This document shows, in pieces, positions 14,832 through 22,805 of a DNA stretch of 32,000 bases (its first letter is position 1; every line of letters begins with the position of its first letter). A model generated the notes under the pieces. It ran no database searches and was not told where the DNA came from. It saw only the letters and a list, made by a program, of their open reading frames with translations. Source of the DNA: Clostridia bacterium (lineage in GTDB: Bacteria; Bacillota; Clostridia; Oscillospirales; Acutalibacteraceae); the NCBI GenBank assembly GCA_017409845.1, contig JAFQRY010000032.1, positions 47,783 through 79,782 of the forward strand. Reading direction: 5' to 3'. The position numbers and the translations under genes are program-made.

Positions 14832-14860
14832 ATTTTATCATTACAGAAGAAAATAGTCAA
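14832..14860 (-). promoter_or_regulatory. candidate sigma-A promoter of the XRE-lipase fusion gene
   Basis: The minus strand reads TTGACT (14855-14860), 17 nt, TAAAAT (14832-14837). Confidence 0.55.
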
Positions 14861-14864
14861 TAAA

Positions 14865-14891
14865 AAACGGCGGCTGAGAAAAGCCGCCGTT
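14865..14891 (-). terminator. rho-independent terminator, distal copy of a duplicated 27-bp hairpin
   Basis: AAACGGCGGCT-GAGAAA-AGCCGCCGTT. The minus strand follows it with TTTTTTA. Identical to 15135-15161. Confidence 0.75.
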
Positions 14892-15134
14892 ACTGACTGT
14901 TGATAAACCTGATTTTTATATATAAACTGTAATTTGCTGTTTCGGCTCCCTCAAGAGGGAGCTGTCACGGAGTGACTGAGGGAGTTTCGGATTTTGTGTG
15001 AAACCATTGATTTGCAAAATAATTTCTATTGATAAACCCCTCCGTCTTTTGCTTAGCAAAATCCACCTCCCCTGAAGGGGAGGCAATTCTGTTGAGCGAC
15101 TTTTCAGATTCATATTGACTTTTTCGACAAACTG
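14892..15134. mobile_element. copy C of the hairpin-dense repeat family, a MITE-like 243-bp insert bracketed by the duplicated terminator
   Basis: Non-coding. It contains GCTCCCTCAAGAGGGAGC..CTGAGGGAG at 14945-14984, inverted relative to copy B. It also contains CCTCCGTCTTTTGCTTAGCAAAATCCACCTCCCCTGAAGGGGAGG at 15039-15083, very similar to copy A apart from a few substitutions and single-base indels. It is flanked by identical 27-bp sequences. Confidence 0.6.
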
Positions 15135-15161
15135 AAACGGCGGCTGAGAAAAGCCGCCGTT
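15135..15161 (-). terminator. proximal copy of the duplicated hairpin, 7 nt downstream of the mgtE stop
   Basis: Identical 27 bp, AAACGGCGGCTGAGAAAAGCCGCCGTT. The minus-strand tail here is TTCAGTTTG, a poor U tract. Confidence 0.5.
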
Positions 15162-15168
15162 TGATATT

Positions 15169-16533
15169 TTAAAGAAGGAATGCCTTTGCAAGTCCGAAAT
15201 AGATAACGAGTGTCACAATGTCAACCAGAGTTGCAATCATCGGTCCTGCCATGAGTGCAGGGTCAAGCTTTACTATCTTTGCAAAAATCGGGAGTGAGCA
15301 GCCGATGAGCTTTGCAACAACGATTGCAAAAAACATTGCAAGCGAAACAACAAGAAAAACCTCAAGCGTGCCCTCGCTGAAAAGATACATTCTCAGGATG
15401 TTTGCCGCACCGAGCACAAGTCCGCAGATTGAAGCAACACGCAGCTCTTTGAAAACGATTTTGAGATAATCCTTTATTTCAATTTCACCGACCGCAAGAC
15501 CGCGGATGATGAGCGTTGAAACCTGGCTGCCTGCGTTACCGCCCGTACCCATGAGCATGGGCATGGATGCCGTAAGAGCCACGAAGCCTGCAAGGAGCGT
15601 TTCATAGCCCTCGATGATTTTTCCCGTGAAGGTGCCTGAAATCATAAGGATGAGGAGCCAGAGAATTCTGTTGCGTGCAAGCTTGAAAACGCCCGTTTTG
15701 AGGTATTCGTCATCCGACGGAGCAAGCAAAGCCATCTTTTCGAAGTCTTCGGTGGTTTCTTCTTCGATAACGTCAACGATATCGTCAACCGTGATGATAC
15801 CCACAAGGCGGTTTTCGTTGTCAACAACGGGTACGCTCAGAAGGTCGTATTTTTTAACAACTTCAACAACATATTCACGGTCATCGAGAGTGTTGACCGA
15901 AATGAGCTGTGCGTCATCCTCCATAATGTCGCCCACAATTGCGTTTTCGTCGCAGAGAAGGAGAGAAAGCAGAGGAATGCTTCCGAGAAGATGATGCTCG
16001 CTGTCAATGCAGTAGCAGGTGTAGACGGTTTCTTTGTCTACGCCTGTTTTTCTTATTTTGTCTATTGCCTGTGCGGCGGTCAGGGAGGTGCGCAGATGCA
16101 CCATTTCGATTGTCATAAGGCTGCCCGCACAGTCTTCGGGATACTTGAGAAAACGGTTGATAAGCTTGCGTGTTTCGGGGTCGGAATGAGCAAGAACTCT
16201 TGTTACGACGTTTGCGGGAACCTCTTCAAGGAAGTCAACCGTATCGTCAAGAAACATTTCGTCAAGCAGTCTTTCAAGCTCGGCATCGGTTATCATGCGG
16301 ACGATATCCGCCTGAGTGTCGGGCTCAAGATATGAGAAAACCTCGGCTGAAATATCCTTTGGAAGAACGCGGAAAACCGTGAGCCTGCTTTTATCGGCGA
16401 GGTCTTCCATGATTTGTGCCGTATCAACAACATTTAACTCTGTGAGAATCTCACGGAGAAATGAAATTTCGCCTTTTGAAATATGATCTTCAATCTGAAT
16501 CAGCAGATTATCATAAATTTCATTTATTTCCAT
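15169..16533 (-). CDS. mgtE: magnesium transporter MgtE
   Basis: An N-domain (DTAQIMEDL, LEPDTQADIV), tandem CBS domains and a C-terminal 5-TM domain with the GTGGNAGSQ motif. The start is set at MEINEIYD, with GGAGA 7 nt upstream. The extension to 16584 has no RBS. Confidence 0.9.
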   Translation of the reverse strand: MEINEIYDNLLIQIEDHISKGEISFLREILTELNVVDTAQIMEDLADKSRLTVFRVLPKDISAEVFSYLEPDTQADIVRMITDAELERLLDEMFLDDTVDFLEEVPANVVTRVLAHSDPETRKLINRFLKYPEDCAGSLMTIEMVHLRTSLTAAQAIDKIRKTGVDKETVYTCYCIDSEHHLLGSIPLLSLLLCDENAIVGDIMEDDAQLISVNTLDDREYVVEVVKKYDLLSVPVVDNENRLVGIITVDDIVDVIEEETTEDFEKMALLAPSDDEYLKTGVFKLARNRILWLLILMISGTFTGKIIEGYETLLAGFVALTASMPMLMGTGGNAGSQVSTLIIRGLAVGEIEIKDYLKIVFKELRVASICGLVLGAANILRMYLFSEGTLEVFLVVSLAMFFAIVVAKLIGCSLPIFAKIVKLDPALMAGPMIATLVDIVTLVIYFGLAKAFLL

Positions 16534-16717
16534 AAAAAAATCTCCTTCCGGAATAACCGCAAAGGAGATGCAAATAGTCAACAAAAGCGATTTAGGATTA
16601 AATCACTCTGAACAGCTCCGCCGATGCGGTATATTCTTTTGAACTTCTACTTCGGGGGTTGGGTATATCGGAACTGCCCAAGAGTTTCACCACACTTTTT
16701 CAAAAAAATTTTTTGCA
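16534..16717 (-). promoter_or_regulatory. ~180-nt structured mgtE leader ending in a terminator-like, SD-sequestering hairpin (unclassified riboswitch/attenuator candidate)
   Basis: The minus strand reads ATCTCCTT-TG-CGG-TTATT-CCG-G-AAGGAGAT (16569-16540) followed by TTTTTTT and then the ATG. The 3' arm of the hairpin is the Shine-Dalgarno sequence. Upstream stems are TTGGG..CCCAA, CCGC-ATCG-GCGG and GATTTA-ATCC-TAAATC. Confidence 0.5.
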
Positions 16718-16723
16718 ACTGTA

Positions 16724-16752
16724 ATTTTACACCCTGTAACGCATGAAGTCAA
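16724..16752 (-). promoter_or_regulatory. candidate sigma-A promoter of mgtE
   Basis: The minus strand reads TTGACT (16747-16752), 17 nt, TAAAAT (16724-16729). Confidence 0.55.
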
Positions 16753-16963
16753 GCAAAATTGCAAAAAAATCCGAAAAATAAAAATATTCAACAAAAACGG
16801 AGAAAAACGGCGTAAATATGCCAGAAACAGGCGAAAACGGGAGAAATCGAAGCACAGAATGCGGCGGTTCCGAAAAACCTTTTAACCTTTTTGGGTTAAA
16901 AAAACACGGTGTTCCGCCTTAGGGTGAGAGGAGTTTTCATAATCCTCTCGGAAAGGAGATGGT

Positions 16964-17449
16964 TTGTTGCCAAAGAAACTTACCGAAAAGGAGCGGCTGT
17001 TCTGTTCTTATTATGCTCAGGGCGGCGATGCAAGAGGCTGTGCGGCACGGGCGGGATTTTCCCTGACCCCTCAGCGGAGTGCGGCAAGGCTTCTTGCAAA
17101 AAGCGAAATAAGGACGGAAATCATGCGGCTTGAAAGCGAAAGAAAAAATTCATCTGCCGTTGAAAGGGGGCTTCACCGCCTTGCGTTCGGGTCTGTTGCC
17201 GATGCACTCAGACTTTTGCTTTGCGAGGAAACGATGAGTGCTGAGGAAATCGAAAAGCTTGATTTCTTTAATGTTTCCGAAATAAAGCGGCCCAAGGGCG
17301 GGGGTCTTGAAATCAAGTTTTTTGACAGACTGAAGGCACTTGAAAAGCTTGAGAAGCTCGGCTCGGGAGAGGAGAAGCCGCAGAGCAGCTTCATTCAGGC
17401 TCTCTCGGAGGGTGCAAGGCTGATTTCTCGGGAGGATGAAGATGAGTAA
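16964..17449 (+). CDS. terS: phage terminase small subunit
   Basis: 161 aa with a TTG start and AAGGAG 5 nt upstream. The N-terminus LTEKERLFCSYYAQGGDARGCAARAGFS is the typical terminase-small HTH block. The 3' end overlaps terL. Confidence 0.8.
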   Translation: MLPKKLTEKERLFCSYYAQGGDARGCAARAGFSLTPQRSAARLLAKSEIRTEIMRLESERKNSSAVERGLHRLAFGSVADALRLLLCEETMSAEEIEKLDFFNVSEIKRPKGGGLEIKFFDRLKALEKLEKLGSGEEKPQSSFIQALSEGARLISREDEDE

Positions 17450-18722
17450 GTCCGATAAAAAGCAGGGCTTCACTCCGTTTTCAAAAAAGCAGATGAAAGC
17501 CCTCTGCTGGTGGATGCCGCAGAGTCCTCTGCATACGCATGATGCAATAATCTGTGACGGTGCGGTGCGTTCGGGCAAAACGCTCTGCATGTCCGTTTCG
17601 TTTGTTGCCTGGGCGTTCTCCGCTTTTTCGGACCGTTCCTTTGCTCTTTGCGGAAAAACAATTTCTTCTCTCCGCCGCAATGTTGTGACCGTCATTCTGC
17701 CCGTTCTGCGTGAGCTCGGGTTTGTGTGTGACGAAAAATATTCAAAGAATCTCATTGAGATTTCTTACGGCGGAGCAACAAACCGTTTCTATCTTTTCGG
17801 CGGCAAGGATGAAGGCTCGGCGGCTCTTATTCAGGGCATGACGCTTGCGGGTGTTCTGCTTGATGAGGTGACACTGATGCCCCGCTCCTTTGTTGAGCAG
17901 GCACTTGCGAGATGCTCCGTTGAAGGCTCAAAGCTCTGGTTCAACTGCAATCCCGAGCACCCCATGCACTGGTTCCATGAGGAATGGATAAAGAAAAGGG
18001 ATGAGAAAAACTGCTGCTATCTTCATTTTACAATGAAGGATAACCCTTCGCTTACACCTGCTATTATCCGCAGATACGAAAGGCTTTATTCGGGAGCGTT
18101 TTATGAACGCTTTGTGCTCGGAAGATGGGTTGCGGCACAGGGCTGCGTTTATCCGATGTTTTCGCAGGAAAAGCATGTGGTTCACCCTCCCTCACGCTTT
18201 GAGAAATACTATATTTCGTGCGACTACGGAACGGTTAATCCCTCATCCTTCGGGCTGTGGGGAGAAAGCGGCGGCGTGTGGTACAGAATCAGGGAATATT
18301 ATTTTGATTCACGCACCGAGGGCAGGCAGAAAACCGACAGCGAGCATTACGAGTCGCTTTGCACTCTTGCGGACGGACTGAAAATCGAGGCGGTGGTTAT
18401 CGACCCTTCGGCGGCAAGCTTTATTGAGTGCATAAGGCGTGACGGAAAATTCAGGGTCATACCTGCCAGAAACGATGTTGTTGACGGAATAAGAAGGGTT
18501 TCTGACTGCCTTAAGGACGGAAAAATTCTTTTTTCGCCTGAATGCAGGGCATCAATCAGGGAATTCGGTCTTTACCGCTGGGAGGAAAGCACGGCAAGGG
18601 ATACCGTGAGAAAAGAAAATGACCATGCAATGGACGATATCCGCTATTTTGTTTCAACCGTTCTGACGAAGGAGGATGATATCGGATTTTTCGCCCTTGC
18701 GGCAAAAAGGAAAGGGGGTTAA
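17436..18722 (+). CDS. terL: phage terminase large subunit (PBSX-like)
   Basis: 428 aa with Walker A CDGAVRSGKT, a Walker B-like LLDEV and a C-terminal nuclease domain. ATGA overlap with terS. Confidence 0.85.
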   Translation: MKMSKSDKKQGFTPFSKKQMKALCWWMPQSPLHTHDAIICDGAVRSGKTLCMSVSFVAWAFSAFSDRSFALCGKTISSLRRNVVTVILPVLRELGFVCDEKYSKNLIEISYGGATNRFYLFGGKDEGSAALIQGMTLAGVLLDEVTLMPRSFVEQALARCSVEGSKLWFNCNPEHPMHWFHEEWIKKRDEKNCCYLHFTMKDNPSLTPAIIRRYERLYSGAFYERFVLGRWVAAQGCVYPMFSQEKHVVHPPSRFEKYYISCDYGTVNPSSFGLWGESGGVWYRIREYYFDSRTEGRQKTDSEHYESLCTLADGLKIEAVVIDPSAASFIECIRRDGKFRVIPARNDVVDGIRRVSDCLKDGKILFSPECRASIREFGLYRWEESTARDTVRKENDHAMDDIRYFVSTVLTKEDDIGFFALAAKRKGG

Positions 18723-18725
18723 AAC

Positions 18726-19856
18726 ATGGGAATATTCAAAAACCGGAAGCCTTCAAGAGTTTCCGCACCCGTAACGCAGAATAAAAACAGACATCCGTTC
18801 GGGATTCTTGACGGTTATGTGCCGCTCGGAGTGCCGCAGCTGAGGCTTTATTATGCACTCAGGGAGGCTGTGCCCGTTATTGATGCGGCGATATTCAAAT
18901 TGGTCCGTCTTACGGGTGGCTTCAGAGTTGAATGCTCTGATTCAGAGGCACAGACTGCGGTTGATGAGTTCATTACTGATGTGCCCGTCGGAGGCAACAG
19001 ACAGGGTCTTTCCGCCTTTATTTCGACCTATTTTGAGCAGCTTCTGACCTGCGGCACGGCAATCGGAGAAATCGTTACGGACACGGACGGCGTGCCCCGT
19101 GCACTTTTTAATTCTCCGCTTGAAAATATCGAGCTCAAAAGACATAAAAACGGCTTTGATGTTGATATTTTCGTCAGAAACGGCACGGAGCTCCGTCGGG
19201 TTTCACAGCCCGGAATGTGTCTTCTGAGCGTGCTCAATCCCGAGCCGGGTGCACTCACGGGCAATTCGATGCTCAAGGGGCTTCCGTTTGTCAGCTCCGT
19301 GCTTCTGAGAATATTTGAGAGCATCGGTGCAAACTGGGAAAGGGTCGGCAATCTCCGCTTTGCCGTTACCTATAATCCGAAAAACGATGCGGTTGACAGA
19401 GCCTATGCGAAGGACAGAGCCCTGCAGGTTGCGAAGGAATGGGGCGAGGCGATGCAGAGCGGCTCGGAAATCAGGGATTTTGTTGCGGTCGGTGATGTTC
19501 AGATAAAGGTCATCGGTGCGGATAATCAGATTCTTGACAGCGAGGTGCCCGTGCGTCAGATGCTTGAGCAGATTGTTGCAAAAACGGGTCTGCCGCCCTT
19601 TATGCTCGGTCTTTCATGGTCGAGCACGGAAAGAATGTCGTCACAGCAGGCGGATGTGCTCACAAGCGAGCTTGAAGCCTACAGACAGCTTCTTACTCCC
19701 GTGATAAAGAAAATCTGCACTGTTTTTCTCAGGGGTAACGGATATCACTGCGGAGTAAAGGTTGTGTGGGATGATATCACACTTCAGGATGAGGTTGAAC
19801 AGAGCCGTGCTCAGCTTTACAGAGCACAGGCGGAAAAAATAAAGAGAGGTGAATAA
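18726..19856 (+). CDS. phage portal protein (call based on position and size)
   Basis: 376 aa, located immediately after terL and before the prohead protease. RBS AAAGGGGG. No motif recognised by eye. Confidence 0.6.
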   Translation: MGIFKNRKPSRVSAPVTQNKNRHPFGILDGYVPLGVPQLRLYYALREAVPVIDAAIFKLVRLTGGFRVECSDSEAQTAVDEFITDVPVGGNRQGLSAFISTYFEQLLTCGTAIGEIVTDTDGVPRALFNSPLENIELKRHKNGFDVDIFVRNGTELRRVSQPGMCLLSVLNPEPGALTGNSMLKGLPFVSSVLLRIFESIGANWERVGNLRFAVTYNPKNDAVDRAYAKDRALQVAKEWGEAMQSGSEIRDFVAVGDVQIKVIGADNQILDSEVPVRQMLEQIVAKTGLPPFMLGLSWSSTERMSSQQADVLTSELEAYRQLLTPVIKKICTVFLRGNGYHCGVKVVWDDITLQDEVEQSRAQLYRAQAEKIKRGE

Positions 19857-20716
19857 TTACGCAGGAAAACAAAACAAACACTCTGCCCGATGAGGAGCTT
19901 GAGCTTATCGGCAGATTCGCAAGAAAAAAGCTTTCGGACGAGGAGCTTTATACCTTTACGCTTATTCTCTGCGATAACGAAATCGACAGGGATAACGAAA
20001 AATTCACGGTTGCCGCACTTCATATTCTTTCTGAGCTTTTTGTTGGCAAAACGGGAATTTTTGACCACAACATGAAGAGCAGGGATCAGTCTGCGAGAAT
20101 TTATGCGGCGAAGGTTGTGACCGATTCATCGAGAAAGACTGCCGACGGCGAGGATTATACATACATCGAAGCCAAGGCATATATGGTCAGAACCGAAAAG
20201 AATAAAGACCTTATCACGGAAATTGATGCAGGCATCAAAAAGGAAACCAGCGTGGGCTGTGCGGTAAAGGATATAAGCTGCTCAATCTGCGGCAAAAACA
20301 TCAAAACGGAGGGCTGCGAGCATAAAAAAGGCAATGTTTACGGCGGAAAGCTCTGCTGTTATCTGCTCTCGGAGCCCACGGATGCATATGAATGGTCTTT
20401 TGTTGCCGTGCCTGCACAGAAGAATGCGGGCATCATCAAGTCATTCAGCCCTTCGCATGAAAAAGAGAAGCTTGCGGAGTGGGCAAGGGAATATACGGAC
20501 GAGCTCAGAACGGATATTGTCCGTGCGGCGGCAAGCGTTGTTCCCGCACTTCAGAGTGACGCATTGAGCGAAATCTGCGGTGCACTTTCAATCAAATCAC
20601 TCAGGGCTCTGCGTGATGCGTTACGCATGAGTGCACAGAAAAATCTGCCGGTTGTCAGACAGCTTGAAGCAGTTCAGCCCGATAACGGCAGTGAAAATTC
20701 GGAATATAAAATTTAA
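19856..20716 (+). CDS. prohead serine protease (HK97 gp4 / S78-like) with a C-terminal scaffold-like tail and a non-canonical (ATT?) start
   Basis: S78 blocks appear in order: DRDNEKFTVAAL, the catalytic-His block GIFDHN, the Ser block KETSVGCAV and EWSFVAVPAQKNA. The frame is open from 19853. The first two blocks lie upstream of the first ATG (20072), and there is no ATG/GTG/TTG between 19853 and 20072. GAGAGGTG is followed 4 nt later by ATT at 19856, which overlaps the portal stop as TAATT. Confidence 0.6.
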   Translation: MTQENKTNTLPDEELELIGRFARKKLSDEELYTFTLILCDNEIDRDNEKFTVAALHILSELFVGKTGIFDHNMKSRDQSARIYAAKVVTDSSRKTADGEDYTYIEAKAYMVRTEKNKDLITEIDAGIKKETSVGCAVKDISCSICGKNIKTEGCEHKKGNVYGGKLCCYLLSEPTDAYEWSFVAVPAQKNAGIIKSFSPSHEKEKLAEWAREYTDELRTDIVRAAASVVPALQSDALSEICGALSIKSLRALRDALRMSAQKNLPVVRQLEAVQPDNGSENSEYKI

Positions 20717-20729
20717 GGAGGAATAATTT

Positions 20730-21068
20730 ATGTCAGTATCATTCAGCGGATTCAACGAAAACACGGCAACCTTTAAGTCAAACGAAGAGATTGCGGGCGG
20801 AACACCCGTAAAAATGAGCGGAACTGAAACCGTTGCGGCTGCGGCGAGCGGAGAGGCTTTCTGCGGCATTGCGGTTGACGGCGACGGAGAGTATGCTTCC
20901 GTTCAGCTCAGCGGTGCCGTCAGGTCAAAATACAGCGGCACTGCTCCCGCGGCAGGTTATTCAAAGCTTGTTTCCGACGGCGAAGGCGTAACCGCATCCG
21001 AAAGCGGCAGAGAATATCTTGTTGTTGCGGTTGACGAGGCTGCAGAAACAGTAACATTCATTATTTAA
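20730..21068 (+). CDS. head decoration / capsid cement-like protein (DUF2190-like)
   Basis: 112 aa, Gly/Ala/Val-rich and beta-type, sitting directly upstream of the major capsid gene. AAGGAGG RBS. The assignment rests on size, position and composition. Confidence 0.5.
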   Translation: MSVSFSGFNENTATFKSNEEIAGGTPVKMSGTETVAAAASGEAFCGIAVDGDGEYASVQLSGAVRSKYSGTAPAAGYSKLVSDGEGVTASESGREYLVVAVDEAAETVTFII

Positions 21069-21079
21069 GGAGGAGAAAA

Positions 21080-22084
21080 ATGATTAACTATGATAATATC
21101 AGACTTGAAAAAGGACTTTATGCAACGGGTGATTTCACAAAAGCTCTCGAAAGCATCGACCCGAGCGAAAATTACAGAGGGACCTCTCTCGAAGGACTGG
21201 ACGCATATCAGCGTCAGCTCAAAAGATTTGAAATCAAGGTCGGCGGCACATCGAGCGATGTTGTTGATAAGTTTTTCAGAAGTTCCGAAAGCGCGGTACT
21301 ATTCCCTGAATACATCTCAAGAGCGGTAAAGCAGGGTCTTGAGCAGGCGGATATTCTTTCGGATGTAGTTGCTTCAACAACGGTTATCGACGGTCTTGAT
21401 TATCGCTCAATCAGCTCAATTCCCACCGAAGAGGAAAAGGAAATCAAGGTTGTCAAGGAGGGTGCATTCATTCCCGAAACAAGCATCCGCACCAAGGAAA
21501 ACCTTGTAAAGCTCAGAAAAAGAGGCAGAAGCCTTGTTGCTTCATATGAGGCGATCAGATTCCAGCGTCTTGACCTTTTTACCGTAACTCTCAGACAGAT
21601 CGGTGCATATATCGCAAGAACCCTTCTCAGAGATGCAATTGATGTGCTTGCAAACGGCGACGGCAACGGCAATGCGGCTGAGGTTGTGAGCTGTGCACAG
21701 CAGGGCACCCTTGCTTATTCCGATCTTGTTGATTTCTGGAACGGCTTTGACCCCTATGAGCTCAACACCATCATTGCAGACCCTGCGGTTATGGCACAGA
21801 TGCTCAACATGGAGCAGTTCAGGGATGCGGCTGCAGGTCTTAATTTCCACGGCAAGGGAGATATGATTACGCCTCTCGGTGCAAAGCTTCTCAAATCAAC
21901 CGCTGTCGGTGAAAACAAGCTTATCGGTCTTGATAAAACCGCAGCTCTCGAAATGGTCAAGGCGGGCGAAATCATGACGGAATATGACAAGCTTATTGAC
22001 CGTCAGCTTGAGCGTGCCGTTATCAGCTGCACCGCAGGTTTTGCAAAGATTTTTGACGGAGCATCAAAGGTGCTTTCCGTCTGA
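21080..22084 (+). CDS. phage major capsid protein (HK97 fold)
   Basis: 334 aa with AAGGAGG RBS. Position after the protease and decoration genes supports the call. Capsid-family-like blocks are VKLRKRGRSLVASYEAIRFQRLDLF and DAIDVLANGDGNGNA. Confidence 0.75.
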   Translation: MINYDNIRLEKGLYATGDFTKALESIDPSENYRGTSLEGLDAYQRQLKRFEIKVGGTSSDVVDKFFRSSESAVLFPEYISRAVKQGLEQADILSDVVASTTVIDGLDYRSISSIPTEEEKEIKVVKEGAFIPETSIRTKENLVKLRKRGRSLVASYEAIRFQRLDLFTVTLRQIGAYIARTLLRDAIDVLANGDGNGNAAEVVSCAQQGTLAYSDLVDFWNGFDPYELNTIIADPAVMAQMLNMEQFRDAAAGLNFHGKGDMITPLGAKLLKSTAVGENKLIGLDKTAALEMVKAGEIMTEYDKLIDRQLERAVISCTAGFAKIFDGASKVLSV

Positions 22085-22092
22085 CGGGAGGC

Positions 22093-22464
22093 ATGGCTTT
22101 GATTGACTGTCTGAGCGTTTTATCGGCGTTGAGGGAATATTATTCTCCCGAGGGCACGGATGAGGAGCTTGCACCTCTTTGCACCATGGCGGTTAACGAG
22201 CTTTTGCCGAGGGTAAAAAGCGAAAGCGTTCACTCGGATGCACGGCTTGTCGGCCTTGCCGCTGCAATGGCAAATTACCGTCTTTGTGCAAAAAAGGTCA
22301 GAAATTCGGATGGCGTCACTTCGTTTAAAGCAGGTGATGTAACTGTGAGCGTTTCGGCTTCGGCACTCATGGAGCATGCAGAAAAGGAAAGAAGTCACGC
22401 AATGCTTGCTGCCGTGCCCCTGCTTAAGGACGAAGAATTCCTTTTTAAACAGGTGAGAATATGA
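22093..22464 (+). CDS. head-tail connector / DNA-packaging (gp6-like) protein
   Basis: 123 aa, helical, in the first position after the capsid gene. ATGA overlap with the next gene. Confidence 0.5.
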   Translation: MALIDCLSVLSALREYYSPEGTDEELAPLCTMAVNELLPRVKSESVHSDARLVGLAAAMANYRLCAKKVRNSDGVTSFKAGDVTVSVSASALMEHAEKERSHAMLAAVPLLKDEEFLFKQVRI

Positions 22465-22802
22465 ACATAAATACAATTTTCGGGTCATACGGCAGACCTG
22501 CCTCATTTTTCTCGAAAAGCAATGAAAAAATAACCGATATGAGGGCTTTCATAAGCCCTCTGAGGTATAAAAACAAGATGTATCTTTACGGCGTCAACAC
22601 GGAAATCGGCTATAATTCGCAGGGTCATTATCTTTATATCGGCCCTCCCGCCCCCGATCTCACAGCCGCCGAGGAGGGGGCATATGTTGCATGCGGGGAT
22701 GAAAAATACCGTATTGACAGAGCCGAAAAGGTCTATAAAGGAAATGAAGTATTTTATATCTGGGCGATAATCCGTGTTATCGTTGAGCTTGAGGAGGGAT
22801 AA
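22461..22802 (+). CDS. head closure / head-tail adaptor-like protein
   Basis: 113 aa. Its size and position match head-closure proteins. No motif confirmed. Confidence 0.45.
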   Translation: MNINTIFGSYGRPASFFSKSNEKITDMRAFISPLRYKNKMYLYGVNTEIGYNSQGHYLYIGPPAPDLTAAEEGAYVACGDEKYRIDRAEKVYKGNEVFYIWAIIRVIVELEEG

Positions 22803-22805
22803 ACC

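Noticed and set aside
16534-16717. M-box (ykoK) riboswitch call for the mgtE leader.
   Set aside because: The conserved M-box blocks are not recognisable on the coding (minus) strand. A CTGCCCAAGAG string resembling one M-box block is on the wrong (+) strand. The feature is kept only as an unclassified attenuator candidate.
16585-16963. Phage attachment site, integrase remnant or cos/pac site at the left border of the head module.
   Set aside because: No ORF, no tRNA and no direct repeat shared with the right border (23643-23693) could be found by eye. Only two small hairpins are present. A pac site inside terS cannot be assessed from sequence alone.
19890-20075. ORF 19890-20075 (+, 61 aa) as the gene filling the portal-protease gap.
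   Set aside because: Its product (MRSLSLSADSQEKSFRTRS...) is low-complexity and has no RBS. A different frame across the same DNA encodes conserved prohead-protease blocks contiguous with 20072-20716.
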